Shown here: positions 25,070 through 34,549 of the stretch, piece after piece
Layout of the letters: the number at the start of each line of letters is the position of its first letter
Position numbering within the stretch: position 1 is the first letter of the stretch
NCBI GenBank assembly: GCA_024650005.2
Contig: CP122380.1
Span: 640,001 to 704,000 of the forward strand
Origin: Candidatus Bathyarchaeum tardum
GTDB lineage: Archaea; Thermoproteota; Bathyarchaeia; Bathyarchaeales; Bathyarchaeaceae
Direction of reading: 5' to 3'
Length of the DNA stretch: 64,000 bases
Notes under the pieces: model-generated
The model's input: only the letters and a program-made list of their open reading frames with translations
Told to the model about the DNA's origin: nothing
The model's database searches: none
Translations under genes and position numbers: made by a program

Positions 25070-25669
25070 CTAAATCATTACGTTTTCTAAGAATGCCCAA
25101 ATTACTGAATCATATCTTGAAGTTTCTTTGAACGCCTCAACCGCCAAAACTCTTCGGGTTTCAACAGTAACGTCACCCTTATGTTTGTATTCGTCCAGAA
25201 TCTGGCTGTATCTATCGGGATTAACAACCACAATCACGTTCTCAAAATTTTTGGCCGCTGCTCTAATCATGGTTACCCCGCCAACGTCAATATTTTCTAA
25301 TGCAGTTTTAATGTCTGCTCCTTTTTTTGTTACTTCTTCAAAGGGATACAAATTACAAACAACCAAATCAACCGTGTCTATCTTGAACTTCTTTAAGTCG
25401 TTCATGTGCTTTTTGTTGTTTCTAACTGCTAGTATGCCTGCCAACATTTTTGGGTGTAATGTTTTAATTCTTCCTTCAAGTATCTCTGGGAAATCAGTTA
25501 CGTCAGAAATGTGTTTGACGTTTTGTATCCCATTTTCTTTTAGGATTTTTAGTGTTCCATCTGTAGAAATAATTACAAATCCTAGTTTGTTGAGTTCTTT
25601 AACGAAATCAACTATTCCTGTTTTGTTGTGAACGGAAATCAGGGCAAGTTTCATGTTGGTTAGCTCCAA
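25070..25669 (-). CDS. Stand-alone IMP cyclohydrolase domain of PurH
   Basis: ALISV, GRIKTLHP, VCNLYPF, ENIDVGGVTMIRAAAKN; ends without a transformylase domain. Confidence 0.88.
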   Translation of the reverse strand: MELTNMKLALISVHNKTGIVDFVKELNKLGFVIISTDGTLKILKENGIQNVKHISDVTDFPEILEGRIKTLHPKMLAGILAVRNNKKHMNDLKKFKIDTVDLVVCNLYPFEEVTKKGADIKTALENIDVGGVTMIRAAAKNFENVIVVVNPDRYSQILDEYKHKGDVTVETRRVLAVEAFKETSRYDSVIWAFLENVMI

Positions 25670-25845
25670 TTAACTATTTTTGTATGTTTTTAATGAAACA
25701 AAAACTTTTCAATCCTAATTTTATGCCAAAAATTAAAAAGGTAAACACCATAACAAAGAATGGAAACAGGTTCAATATTATGAATCTGATTCCAAAAAAT
25801 AAGACCAAGTAGTAAACTAAACAAATAAAAAATGGAGGTGTCTAC

Positions 25846-26121
25846 CTGTCAAAAGATCCAAATACAATCTATGTTGGAACAAAACCCGCAATGAGCTATG
25901 TTCTGGCTGTAATTACCCACTTCAACGAATCTAACACCAAAATTGTCAACTTGAAGGCTAGAGGTAAAGCAATAACCACCGCTATCGATGTTGTAGAAAT
26001 TGTTCGACGAAAATTCATGAAAGACCTAAAAGTTGAACAAATTGAAATTGGAACCGAAGAACTACAACGCGAAGATGGAACAAGAAATGTTTCAACAATT
26101 GAAATAAACTTGAAACGCTGA
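25846..26121 (+). CDS. albA: DNA/RNA-binding protein Alba, probable CTG start
   Basis: KARGKAITTAIDV, NVSTIEI. The in-frame CTG at 25846 after GGAGGTG restores the conserved N-terminal IYVGTKP. Confidence 0.93.
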   Translation: MSKDPNTIYVGTKPAMSYVLAVITHFNESNTKIVNLKARGKAITTAIDVVEIVRRKFMKDLKVEQIEIGTEELQREDGTRNVSTIEINLKR

Positions 26122-26189
26122 ACCTACGGAAAGCTTTTACTCTTAAGAAAATCCCTTTGTTTTTGTAACTCTTTTTTCTATTTTATTAT

Positions 26190-26684
26190 TTAGAAGCCAT
26201 CTTCTCGCAGGTAATAGTCATCCCCTTTTTTTGCTCCAAAACTTCTTACACCTTTAGATTTGAGTTGTTTTAGAAGTTTTGCAGCATAATCTGGACTAAT
26301 TTCTTGCCTTTTTTTCATATAGCAAATTATTTCTTCTGCTTGTTGGGTCGTGTCGCATCTCCGCAAAAAATCAATTGCATCTGGGTTGTATCCATTGAAT
26401 TTTTGTGCAACAGCTTTCTCTGCAGTAGGAACATCAGAACGAACCGAATTTATCTTTGTTTTACAGCTGTCCTTTGACATTTCTTCTGCTTGTTGGGTCG
26501 TGTCGCATCTCCGCAAAAAATCAATTGCATCTGGGTTGTATCCATTGAATTTTTGTGCAACAGCTTTCTCTGCAGTAGGAACATCAGAACGAACCGAATT
26601 TATCTTTGTTTTACAGCTGTCCTTTGACATTTCTTCTGCTAAACTTGGGAACATTTTCTCAAATTTTTCTTTTTTTAGCTTCAA
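26190..26684 (-). CDS. DUF2095-like protein containing an exact 50-aa internal duplication
   Basis: FPSLAEE, GYNPDAIDFLRRCDT..QAEEII.Y, GVRSFG.KK..YY. Confidence 0.75.
   Translation of the reverse strand: MKLKKEKFEKMFPSLAEEMSKDSCKTKINSVRSDVPTAEKAVAQKFNGYNPDAIDFLRRCDTTQQAEEMSKDSCKTKINSVRSDVPTAEKAVAQKFNGYNPDAIDFLRRCDTTQQAEEIICYMKKRQEISPDYAAKLLKQLKSKGVRSFGAKKGDDYYLREDGF
26329..26640. repeat. Exact 150-bp tandem duplication bounded by 12-bp microhomology
   Basis: 26331-26480 is identical to 26481-26630; ATTTCTTCTGCT occurs at 26329, 26479 and 26629. Confidence 0.95.
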
Positions 26685-26754
26685 CTTTAGGACTTACTCC
26701 TTTGATACAACGATTTCCTTTGTAACTGAACAAATATTTAAACAGTAATCTGTC

Positions 26755-27375
26755 TCAAAGGGGAACAAACTTTTGGCAGGGGCTATTTTCCAAAACTTTA
26801 GTAAGCTGTTTCAAATTTAGCCCTGTTTTCATGTCTCCGTATGTTTCACACCTTTGTGTTTTTCCCAAATTTTCTTGACTGCAAACAACAATTTCTGCAG
26901 TATCTCCCGACTCCAAAACAACTTGGATATGAACCGAAGAGGTTTTGGATCCTTCTTTAGTTACTGAACGTCGCTCAGACCTTATTATTTTGTAACTGTG
27001 TTTCTGGAGCTGTTCCAGAACCTCTTTATGATCGTGAGCAAAAACATGCACATCAATGTCGCTGTTTTTTCGGGCTGTGCCTCTCCATACACTTCCAACG
27101 AGTAATGGATTAAAATCAGCTAATGCTTCCATGATTTGTTTTGCTTCTTTTCGCATTCTTAAAATCAGTTCTTTTCTTTGAGGTCCCTCGTTTTCTTCCG
27201 CGATTATGTCAAGTTCCTTTGCGACTTCTAAGTTGCTGGGCAACATTCTTATTCCCAACGTTGCAGACGCTCGCTGTTTTGCTTGCTTGTACTCTTTTTC
27301 TTGAGACGTATACAAAAGTAAAGCGGCTTCTTGGGCAACTCTGTTTCTCAGCATTTTTGTGCGATTGCCCTTCAA
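26755..27375 (-). CDS. Nucleotidyltransferase-domain protein
   Basis: LVGSVWRG...SDIDVH (GS..DxD). Confidence 0.85.
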   Translation of the reverse strand: MKGNRTKMLRNRVAQEAALLLYTSQEKEYKQAKQRASATLGIRMLPSNLEVAKELDIIAEENEGPQRKELILRMRKEAKQIMEALADFNPLLVGSVWRGTARKNSDIDVHVFAHDHKEVLEQLQKHSYKIIRSERRSVTKEGSKTSSVHIQVVLESGDTAEIVVCSQENLGKTQRCETYGDMKTGLNLKQLTKVLENSPCQKFVPL

Positions 27376-27510
27376 AATTATTCCTCAACGTTTAATATGT
27401 GACTAGACTTTTGGATGTTGCCCTAAGTGTAACAATAATTAAAAAAAAGATAATAAAACTAAGATATAGTCTAAATGTTGATTATTTTTTCAAAAAAGAT
27501 TGTCCAACAA

Positions 27511-27783
27511 TTAAATGTTTGGTTTTGGCGTGACAGATGTTTCAAAGAGTTCTTTTAGTTCGTTCCATTTTGCAACAAATTCTCTTCCTTTTGTTGTTGC
27601 AGCATACTTTGTTGATTCGTTTTTGATTTCTAGCAGTCCATGTTCTTGCATGTAAGCTAGGTAATGCTGAAGCATCTTCCACGACAGGTTTGTGCCATAC
27701 ATTATTCTGGTCTTGCTTTGTGCTTTTGAACACAGGCAAAGAATCTCTGCTATGATTTCCACCCTGTCGCGTTTACTTCCCAT
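27511..27783 (-). CDS. Winged-HTH regulator
   Basis: RDRVEIIAEIL...KTRIMYGTNLSW...YAATTKG. Confidence 0.85.
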   Translation of the reverse strand: MGSKRDRVEIIAEILCLCSKAQSKTRIMYGTNLSWKMLQHYLAYMQEHGLLEIKNESTKYAATTKGREFVAKWNELKELFETSVTPKPNI

Positions 27784-27929
27784 CGCAATCCCAAGAACAT
27801 ACTACCTTTGTTAATGAACTGTTTTTAATGTATCTATTTTGTATTACTGTGCAACACATTATTTACAAATTTACAGCTTATGGTAGTAATATTTATCCAA
27901 ATAAAACAACAAAATTAATCAAATATTGA

Positions 27930-28226
27930 TTATAGCGGCTTCCATATGCATGAAATAGCGTTTTTTTTACATGATTTAATACATGGCATGCTGTTTTCTT
28001 CAGGTTTGCACGGGGAACAAGTGTATCGGATTTTTTTGCGATGATCTTCTGTTACTGCAGCTACCGGTTTGTCTTCTAAGTCAATGAACATATCTTCCAT
28101 TTGCAGAGCTTCTTGAGGGCATGCGCTGATGCATTCGCCGCAGCTGTTGCATTTTTCGGCGTCAATAACTATGTAATATTCCCCAGAGCCGTCCGTATAA
28201 CCATAGTATGTTATTACTTTAATCAC
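27930..28226 (-). CDS. Ferredoxin, BzdM-like
   Basis: YGYTDGSGEYYIVID, CNSCGECISACP, second Cys cluster. Confidence 0.8.
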   Translation of the reverse strand: MIKVITYYGYTDGSGEYYIVIDAEKCNSCGECISACPQEALQMEDMFIDLEDKPVAAVTEDHRKKIRYTCSPCKPEENSMPCIKSCKKNAISCIWKPL

Positions 28227-28227
28227 C

Positions 28228-29130
28228 TTATTGTTTCAAGGATTTTTCGTACAATGCTTTAGCAAACAAAGCTGCTCCAATAGCGCCTGCAGATACGGGA
28301 TCTAGTCCAGTTTCTTTAAGGTTTGGAACTGGTAACCGTTTTACGCCTAGAATATTTTCTACTCTTTTTACGATTCCAATGTTTTTGGATTGGCCGCCAG
28401 TGATTACGAAATCTTTTTCACAGCCAACTTTTTCGATGAGATCACTCATCCTGATTGCCATGGCTCTGACGTATGCTGCTATTACTTTTTCTTTGGTCCA
28501 GCCTTTTCTGAGCAGCCCGACTGCTTCAGTTTTTGCGAAAACTACGCATGTGCTACTTACTGGTTCAGGTTCTTCATTTACACTTAAGGATTCTTTGCCT
28601 ACGTCTTCAATCGGAATTTTTAGTAGGTCGGCTATGACTTCCATTCCTCGTCCGGTGCCTGCAGCGCATTTGTCGTTCATTAAAAAGCTGACGACTTTTC
28701 CGTTTTCATCAATTTTGATGGCTTTGACGTCTTGTCCACCGACGTCCAGAACGGTTCTGACTGTTGGTCCCCATATGTAGTTGGCACCTTTGGCGTGACA
28801 TGCAATTTCTGTGATAGCACGGTTAGCCATAGGAACATTTACTCTGCCGTAGCCTGTTCCCACAATATAATGGAAATCCTCAAGGGTTAATCCAGTGTCT
28901 TCCATGGCCCATCCGAGAGCTTTTTTAGCACTGTCTGAACTGTTGGAGCCCGTGCGCATAACACTCCATGCGTAAATTTCTCCATCCAACATGATTACTG
29001 CTTTTGATCCAACGGATCCAACGTCGACTCCTGCGGTTATTATTTTAGCTTTTTTCCAGTCTTTGTTGGGCATTACTTTTTTGTATTCCAGCCATCGCCA
29101 GTATTCGGTTTTTTCGTTGTTGTTTGTCAT
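28228..29130 (-). CDS. Benzoyl-CoA reductase-type ATPase subunit (BzdQ/BcrA-like activase)
   Basis: EYWRW N-terminus, GVDVGS, TGYGR, EIACHAKGA, DVGGQD, MNDKCAAGTG, SSTCVVFA. Confidence 0.85.
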   Translation of the reverse strand: MTNNNEKTEYWRWLEYKKVMPNKDWKKAKIITAGVDVGSVGSKAVIMLDGEIYAWSVMRTGSNSSDSAKKALGWAMEDTGLTLEDFHYIVGTGYGRVNVPMANRAITEIACHAKGANYIWGPTVRTVLDVGGQDVKAIKIDENGKVVSFLMNDKCAAGTGRGMEVIADLLKIPIEDVGKESLSVNEEPEPVSSTCVVFAKTEAVGLLRKGWTKEKVIAAYVRAMAIRMSDLIEKVGCEKDFVITGGQSKNIGIVKRVENILGVKRLPVPNLKETGLDPVSAGAIGAALFAKALYEKSLKQ

Positions 29131-29918
29131 TGTCTTCTGCTCCGTTTAGCTTTTCGTGCGGCAACTAACGCAGCTCCAATTGCCCCTGCATAAATAGGTT
29201 CTTTTGGAATAAGTATCTCGATTCCTAGGCGCCGTTTAAGTGAAGTAACAAAACCGACATCTTTTGCTACTCCCCCAACCAGAACTACGTCAGGGTTTAT
29301 TCCTAACCGTTTTACCATTGAAGAAACTCTTTCTGCCATTGCATCAAATATTGCTCGGGCAATTTCGGTTTTTGGTTCTTCTCGGTGAATCAAAGAAACG
29401 ACGTCTGATTCTGCAAAAATTACACAACTTGCGTTTATTGGGCTTGCTCGTTCTGCATGTAATGACAAGGCGCCCATGTCTTCCAGTTCAACTTCTAAAG
29501 CTCGTGCCATGGCTTCTATGAAGGTTCCTGCTCCTGCTGCACATCGGGCGTTTACGATAAAGTCTTGCATTATTCCATATTCGTCACATTTTACTGCACG
29601 GGCATCTTCTGCACCTACATCGATTACTGTTCGGGCTGAACTGAAAAAATATGTTCCTGCCTTGGCGTCTGCTCCCATCATGCTAACTGTGCTGTCAGCA
29701 AAGGTTGCCATGTCCACTCCTGCTCCCGTGGCTGTTATATGTTCAATTTCGTCTCGGGAAATGCTGGCATCTTTTAGTGCCTCTTCAAGGGCTTTTTCAG
29801 CAGCTTTTATGGGTTCAAATCCAACAAATTCTTGCGCCTTTCCTATGACCTGCTTGTCTTTTATAATCGCTACTTTTACCCTTTGGGTGCCCATGTCTAC
29901 TCCGGCAGAAACTACCAC
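29127..29918 (-). CDS. Benzoyl-CoA reductase-type ATPase subunit (BzdP/BcrD-like activase)
   Basis: GVDMG, IDVGAED, RCAAGAGTFIE, NASCVIFAES. Confidence 0.82.
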   Translation of the reverse strand: MVVSAGVDMGTQRVKVAIIKDKQVIGKAQEFVGFEPIKAAEKALEEALKDASISRDEIEHITATGAGVDMATFADSTVSMMGADAKAGTYFFSSARTVIDVGAEDARAVKCDEYGIMQDFIVNARCAAGAGTFIEAMARALEVELEDMGALSLHAERASPINASCVIFAESDVVSLIHREEPKTEIARAIFDAMAERVSSMVKRLGINPDVVLVGGVAKDVGFVTSLKRRLGIEILIPKEPIYAGAIGAALVAARKAKRSRRQ

Positions 29919-29932
29919 TTTTTGCTCTCCTC

Positions 29933-31282
29933 TTATATGTCCATTCGTGCTTCCAGCATTTCAAGAAATGCTTCAACACGTGTTTTCATTTGTCCCACAT
30001 CTTCGCGGGTGTATTCTGTGTCAAGGTAATACACAGGTATATTCATTTTGTCAAGAACCCGTTTGATTCGTTGATATTCCATGGCGTATAAAATGCAGCC
30101 TCGAACAACGTAGTAGATTACGCCGTCAACTTTGTATTCTTTTATTCTGTCAATTATCCAGTTGATGCGGTCTTCATTTCCATGTTCTGAAGTAAAACAA
30201 GGACAAGTACAAGCCATCAAATAACGCTCACTGATGGCATCAAGCATGTCACTCATGGTCCATTCGTCTACACCGACGGGATCGTATAATATTCTGTCAC
30301 CTGAACATTGCTCGTCAACTACAACTAATCCTTGAGGGTTCGATTCCTCAATCAAGTTAGGAACCTTCCAGCTGTCTGGCCAAATCATAGGCGTTCCAGT
30401 AAGCATAACCCGAGGAGTATCTGGGTAAGTTGAATGTTCCTTTTGTTCGACCCTTTTTTCTAGTTCGTCACAAAGTTCGTTTACTTTTTGGGTCCATCGT
30501 TCGACGTCATCCCAAAGGCTTGTTTGGTTCACCAGCATGGCGTCTCTTCCGTTAATTACTGGGTTGCCTTTGCGCAGGTCTTGGAGTCTGCGGAATGCTT
30601 TGGTTGCTTGTTGCATTTTTTCGATGGCTTCTTTCAGGTTTTTTCTGGTAATCTTATTTCCGGTTAGCTTTTCGATTTTTTCTTTGATTACCATAATTTC
30701 TTGTTTCCACATGCCCAAGGTGTGGGGGTCATCTTTTACTCGAGGTGGATTCATGTGCCAGATTGGTTTGTAGTCAGCTAAAATTTCGCTGAGTTTGGTT
30801 CTGCCGTCACAAGTAAGGGGCATAACAATGGCGTCGCTAAGTTCCAAAAAAGGTGATAAACTGACCATTTTTGCTCCCACTGTGGAGCGGATAACTGGGC
30901 AAATTTCTACTGGCATGATTCTGTCGCCTAGTTTGGCGGTGTCGTACCATCCTGAGCCTACGCGAACAGGAATAGCATCTGCTGCTAGAATCATTTCTAT
31001 TGGTGCAAAAATGCAGGAGTATCCGACGACTTTTTTTCCTGCTGTTTTTTGTTGTTTGATTTCTTCTTGGCGTTTTCCGAAAAGGTTTGAGATTTCATCG
31101 AAATATTCCATGGCTTGCGGTCGGTTTTTCCATGCTTTTTTCATTCTTTCGATGTTGTCCTCTATTACCTTCAGGGATGCTGTTTTGATTGACTTGTTCA
31201 AGTCATCGATTTCGGTTTGAGCCATTTCGGGGATGTATTTTGTTCCTTTTTCGATTTCACTTGCCATTTGGTTTTTCCTCAC
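29933..31282 (-). CDS. 2-hydroxyacyl-CoA dehydratase-superfamily protein, double-cubane-cluster reductase type
   Basis: Cys set GYSC, ICPVIRS, TCDG, EQCSG, CTCPC, GCILY; ends GQMKTRVEAFLEML. Confidence 0.75.
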   Translation of the reverse strand: MRKNQMASEIEKGTKYIPEMAQTEIDDLNKSIKTASLKVIEDNIERMKKAWKNRPQAMEYFDEISNLFGKRQEEIKQQKTAGKKVVGYSCIFAPIEMILAADAIPVRVGSGWYDTAKLGDRIMPVEICPVIRSTVGAKMVSLSPFLELSDAIVMPLTCDGRTKLSEILADYKPIWHMNPPRVKDDPHTLGMWKQEIMVIKEKIEKLTGNKITRKNLKEAIEKMQQATKAFRRLQDLRKGNPVINGRDAMLVNQTSLWDDVERWTQKVNELCDELEKRVEQKEHSTYPDTPRVMLTGTPMIWPDSWKVPNLIEESNPQGLVVVDEQCSGDRILYDPVGVDEWTMSDMLDAISERYLMACTCPCFTSEHGNEDRINWIIDRIKEYKVDGVIYYVVRGCILYAMEYQRIKRVLDKMNIPVYYLDTEYTREDVGQMKTRVEAFLEMLEARMDI

Positions 31283-32457
31283 TCTTCTTCATTTAGCCAA
31301 TTTTTGGATTTGTATATGGGCTTGCCTGCAAATTCTACGTTCAAGCAGCCTTCGTATGGGCACATTTCTACACATCGGAAGCATAGGATGCACGACGAAA
31401 CGGTTACGTCGCCTCCTTTGTCTTCGTAGACTTCAGTAACCTGTGGAGGACACACCCTTTTACATATGCCGCATTTTGTGCATTTTTCTTCTACTTTGGT
31501 TAATTTGATTAATGAAATTTTCTTAAAAGGACCAAATCTGCTAAATAACGCAATCAATCCGCCTAATGGACAAATTCGACACCATAACCGTCGTATCATA
31601 AATGAGCCAACAGTTACTACACCCAGTATTACTATGTTAATTGAAGTAAGATACCAGCCCGTAAGGGCAAAATCCCCAATAGTTTGGGAAAGCATGTAAT
31701 CTACATCCATGAATCCTAGCGCGCCTTCAACAAGAACAAACAACGGTTTAGCTGGGCAAATTTGGCAGAACGGTATCTCAAGGTATCTGCCTAGTTCTGA
31801 TTCTGAAATAAGTTCTACCCCTGCGATGGCTCGCATGCCTAACAGAAAACTCAAGATCAGAAAAGCTGCAATAATCAGGTATCGTGCTTGCCGTAGTCCT
31901 TCGTTTACTCTGTCTGAGAGTGTCCAATGCCTAATTTTTAGGGCTTTTCGTAAACGGGTGAGCAAATCCATATACAATCCGAAGGGGCATATCCATCCAC
32001 AAAGGAATCTGCCAAAAATTACTGAAATAACTACAAGTAGCCCTACTGCGATTGCTAGCCGTTCTAAGCCTGTTGTGAGATAAATGCTGCTGGTGCCATA
32101 ATTTGGGAACAAATAACTTTGTAGTTGCCATATTACGCAGGTTGCAGTTCTTCCTGAAGCGTAGTAACAGGAAAAGGTAGGCACAGTTAAGCCGTCTGGG
32201 TATGGTCTTCCTAGGATTTCTTTGCCTATGGTGATGTCTTTGGGTGCTGTCCCAAGGTATGACCACCTTTCAAGTCCGAAAGGTCCAATTATCAGTCCCA
32301 GAAAAATCACTGCAACTGCAGCAATCTGGATGAACAGACGTAGTGCACTTAATTTTCTTGTGTTGTTTCTTACCCAGATTAGAATTGCTAGGCTTCCTGC
32401 TAGAATCAAGGCTACTGCAATTGTTGCTCGCAATGTTTCTGCGATGATTTCTAGCAT
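31279..32457 (-). CDS. Membrane 4Fe-4S protein (NapH/MauN-like)
   Basis: GRFLCGWICPFG, FCQICP, WCRICPLG, two CxxCxxCxxxCP motifs, several TM helices. Confidence 0.88.
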   Translation of the reverse strand: MLEIIAETLRATIAVALILAGSLAILIWVRNNTRKLSALRLFIQIAAVAVIFLGLIIGPFGLERWSYLGTAPKDITIGKEILGRPYPDGLTVPTFSCYYASGRTATCVIWQLQSYLFPNYGTSSIYLTTGLERLAIAVGLLVVISVIFGRFLCGWICPFGLYMDLLTRLRKALKIRHWTLSDRVNEGLRQARYLIIAAFLILSFLLGMRAIAGVELISESELGRYLEIPFCQICPAKPLFVLVEGALGFMDVDYMLSQTIGDFALTGWYLTSINIVILGVVTVGSFMIRRLWCRICPLGGLIALFSRFGPFKKISLIKLTKVEEKCTKCGICKRVCPPQVTEVYEDKGGDVTVSSCILCFRCVEMCPYEGCLNVEFAGKPIYKSKNWLNEEE

Positions 32458-32470
32458 AGTTTTTCTTCCT

Positions 32471-33154
32471 TTACATTAATTCTATTAAGGCACTAATTAG
32501 CACGCTTAATCCCATGACAATAAGGGCGATTCCCCCAATTTTTGACAACCATTTTGTGAACATAGGTGCCTTGTTTAGTAGCCAACCTGTAGCTCCGCCA
32601 AGAATCAAAAGAGGCGATATTGCTGTTCCCAATCCAAACAAAACGGCCATTACTGCGGAGTTAACCTGACCAAAAGTTGCCGAATACACAAGAAGCGCAA
32701 CCAAGGGAGGACACAAAATGAAGCCTCGGGTGAAGCCCATAAAAAATGCCTTTAGGTCGAATCTGTTGGTTAGGTTTGCGATTCCGAATCTATCTGGGTT
32801 TTGTTCTTTGCAGTCACATGAGCTGGTTTGTTTTTTCATTAATATGGTTGCTCCAATGAAGATTATGATTGCACTGAAAACTATAGCAGTGTATTGTTGA
32901 TATGCACTGAAAAAATCTTCACTAATTGTGGCACTTACCAGTCCTACAATGGTTCCGATTATTGCGTATGCTACTATGCGTCCAGCGTTGTAAATTGTTG
33001 TAACGATTACCCCTTTTTTGAAGCCTGCTCCGATGCCTGCGATGTAACTGACAATGTATGGCAGACAAGCCGAAGCGCAGAAAGTGAGCCCGTACAGTAG
33101 CCCTAAAACAAGAGAAGCAAGGTACGGATTCGAAATCTGCTCTAGAACAGTCAT
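32471..33154 (-). CDS. DsbD_2/TauE-like membrane protein
   Basis: Six TM helices; FCASAC, YNAGR..AY, LCPPL, FGLGT. Confidence 0.75.
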   Translation of the reverse strand: MTVLEQISNPYLASLVLGLLYGLTFCASACLPYIVSYIAGIGAGFKKGVIVTTIYNAGRIVAYAIIGTIVGLVSATISEDFFSAYQQYTAIVFSAIIIFIGATILMKKQTSSCDCKEQNPDRFGIANLTNRFDLKAFFMGFTRGFILCPPLVALLVYSATFGQVNSAVMAVLFGLGTAISPLLILGGATGWLLNKAPMFTKWLSKIGGIALIVMGLSVLISALIELM

Positions 33155-33285
33155 GTTAAACTAAGCCCTTGAGCCTTTTAGAGCACAAGATAAGCCCCAA
33201 TAGAATTTAACTATTGTCATAAAACCATCAAAAGTATTGCTTTCTAAAAAACAGTAAAACAAATAATTGGACTACGCTAAAGCAC

Positions 33286-33603
33286 TTAATCTGTTAATCC
33301 CGATTTTTGTTTGTTAGCAAAAATCCATCTAATGTCAACAACAGCCATGAATAAACTAGATACTTGAAGATAATCCAAAGTCCATGACCCCTCTGTAATT
33401 ATGACTTGTTGTTGTTTAATGTCGAAGTACTGATAAGTGGGACGGTAACTCAGAATGCTGTATTCAACTAAGACTACCCTAGTGCTCAGATGATTTTTAA
33501 TATCATATTTCCTCATATTTAAATCAGAATAAACAAGAACCCCACAAAAGCCAATAATCAAAACATTAACTGCAACTAACAAAACCAATGGGTTAATGCG
33601 CAT
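33286..33603 (-). CDS. Hypothetical membrane protein
   Basis: ATG with GGAG upstream; hydrophobic termini. Confidence 0.55.
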   Translation of the reverse strand: MRINPLVLLVAVNVLIIGFCGVLVYSDLNMRKYDIKNHLSTRVVLVEYSILSYRPTYQYFDIKQQQVIITEGSWTLDYLQVSSLFMAVVDIRWIFANKQKSGLTD

Positions 33604-33740
33604 TTAATCTCCAACTAATTTTCAGTTTAATCACAATATTGCTTTTGCGCTATTTTTTCGGAAAAATCTGCATATCACAAAAATTATTTTTTATACCCTT
33701 TAATAATATCTTTTTATGTTTTTAGTCTGAGGCTGCCTAT

Positions 33741-34541
33741 TTGTCAGACCGTTGGAGACTACTAAAACTTGAAACTGCAGATGCTTACACAAATATGGCA
33801 ATTGATGAAGCAATCCTAACTGCCCGAATACACGGCAAAGTAACTAACACATTACGTTTTTACATGTGGGAACCCTCTGCTGTTTCAATTGGGCGCTTCC
33901 AAACCTTAGAAAACGAAATCAACCTTGGAGAATGCAAAAAACAACAAATAGACATCGTCCGAAGAATAAGTGGCGGCGGAGCTGTTTATCACGACAAAAA
34001 TGGAGAAATTACCTATAGCATAACTGCAAAAACTGCTGACCTAGGATGCAAAAACTTGGACCTTTTAGGCGCCTATCAGAAAATCTGTACTGGACTCAAC
34101 GAAGCTGCAAAGATATTAGGTGCCAAAGCTGATTACCATTCCCCTGACCAAAAACGGTGCCCCAACCTTTCTATTGATGGAAAAAAGATTTCTGGTAACG
34201 CTCAAACCTCAAAAAAAGGGGTTTTAATGCAACATGGCACCTTTTTACTCCAAATAGACTACCCTACTATGTTCAGTATCCTTAGGGTTCCTTGGTCAAC
34301 AAATTTAGAAGAAATTATTGACGTAGCTAAACGCAAACTTGGTTGTATAAAACAGGAAATAAACCCTGATTTTTCCGTTCAAGACGCCTATAATGCATTA
34401 GTTAGGGGTTTTGAGAAAGCTTTGAACGTGGAATTTGTTGAAGAACCCTTAACTGTTTATGAACAAAAACTTGCGGAAAAATTAAAAAAAGAAAAGTTTG
34501 TGACCGAGGATTGGAATTTCCTCGGTAAGTCCTCGTTTTAG
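33741..34541 (+). CDS. Lipoate-protein ligase / octanoyltransferase family
   Basis: NMAIDEA, VRRISGGGAVYHD, KKISGNAQ, QHGT. Confidence 0.92.
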   Translation: MSDRWRLLKLETADAYTNMAIDEAILTARIHGKVTNTLRFYMWEPSAVSIGRFQTLENEINLGECKKQQIDIVRRISGGGAVYHDKNGEITYSITAKTADLGCKNLDLLGAYQKICTGLNEAAKILGAKADYHSPDQKRCPNLSIDGKKISGNAQTSKKGVLMQHGTFLLQIDYPTMFSILRVPWSTNLEEIIDVAKRKLGCIKQEINPDFSVQDAYNALVRGFEKALNVEFVEEPLTVYEQKLAEKLKKEKFVTEDWNFLGKSSF

Positions 34542-34549
34542 ATGAGGTT

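Noticed and set aside
26350-26748. Plus-strand repeat-containing ORF
   Set aside because: Antisense shadow of the duplicated DUF2095-like gene.
27930-31282. Calling the operon a canonical benzoyl-CoA reductase (bzdNOPQ)
   Set aside because: Only one catalytic-type subunit is present, and its Cys pattern fits double-cubane proteins better.
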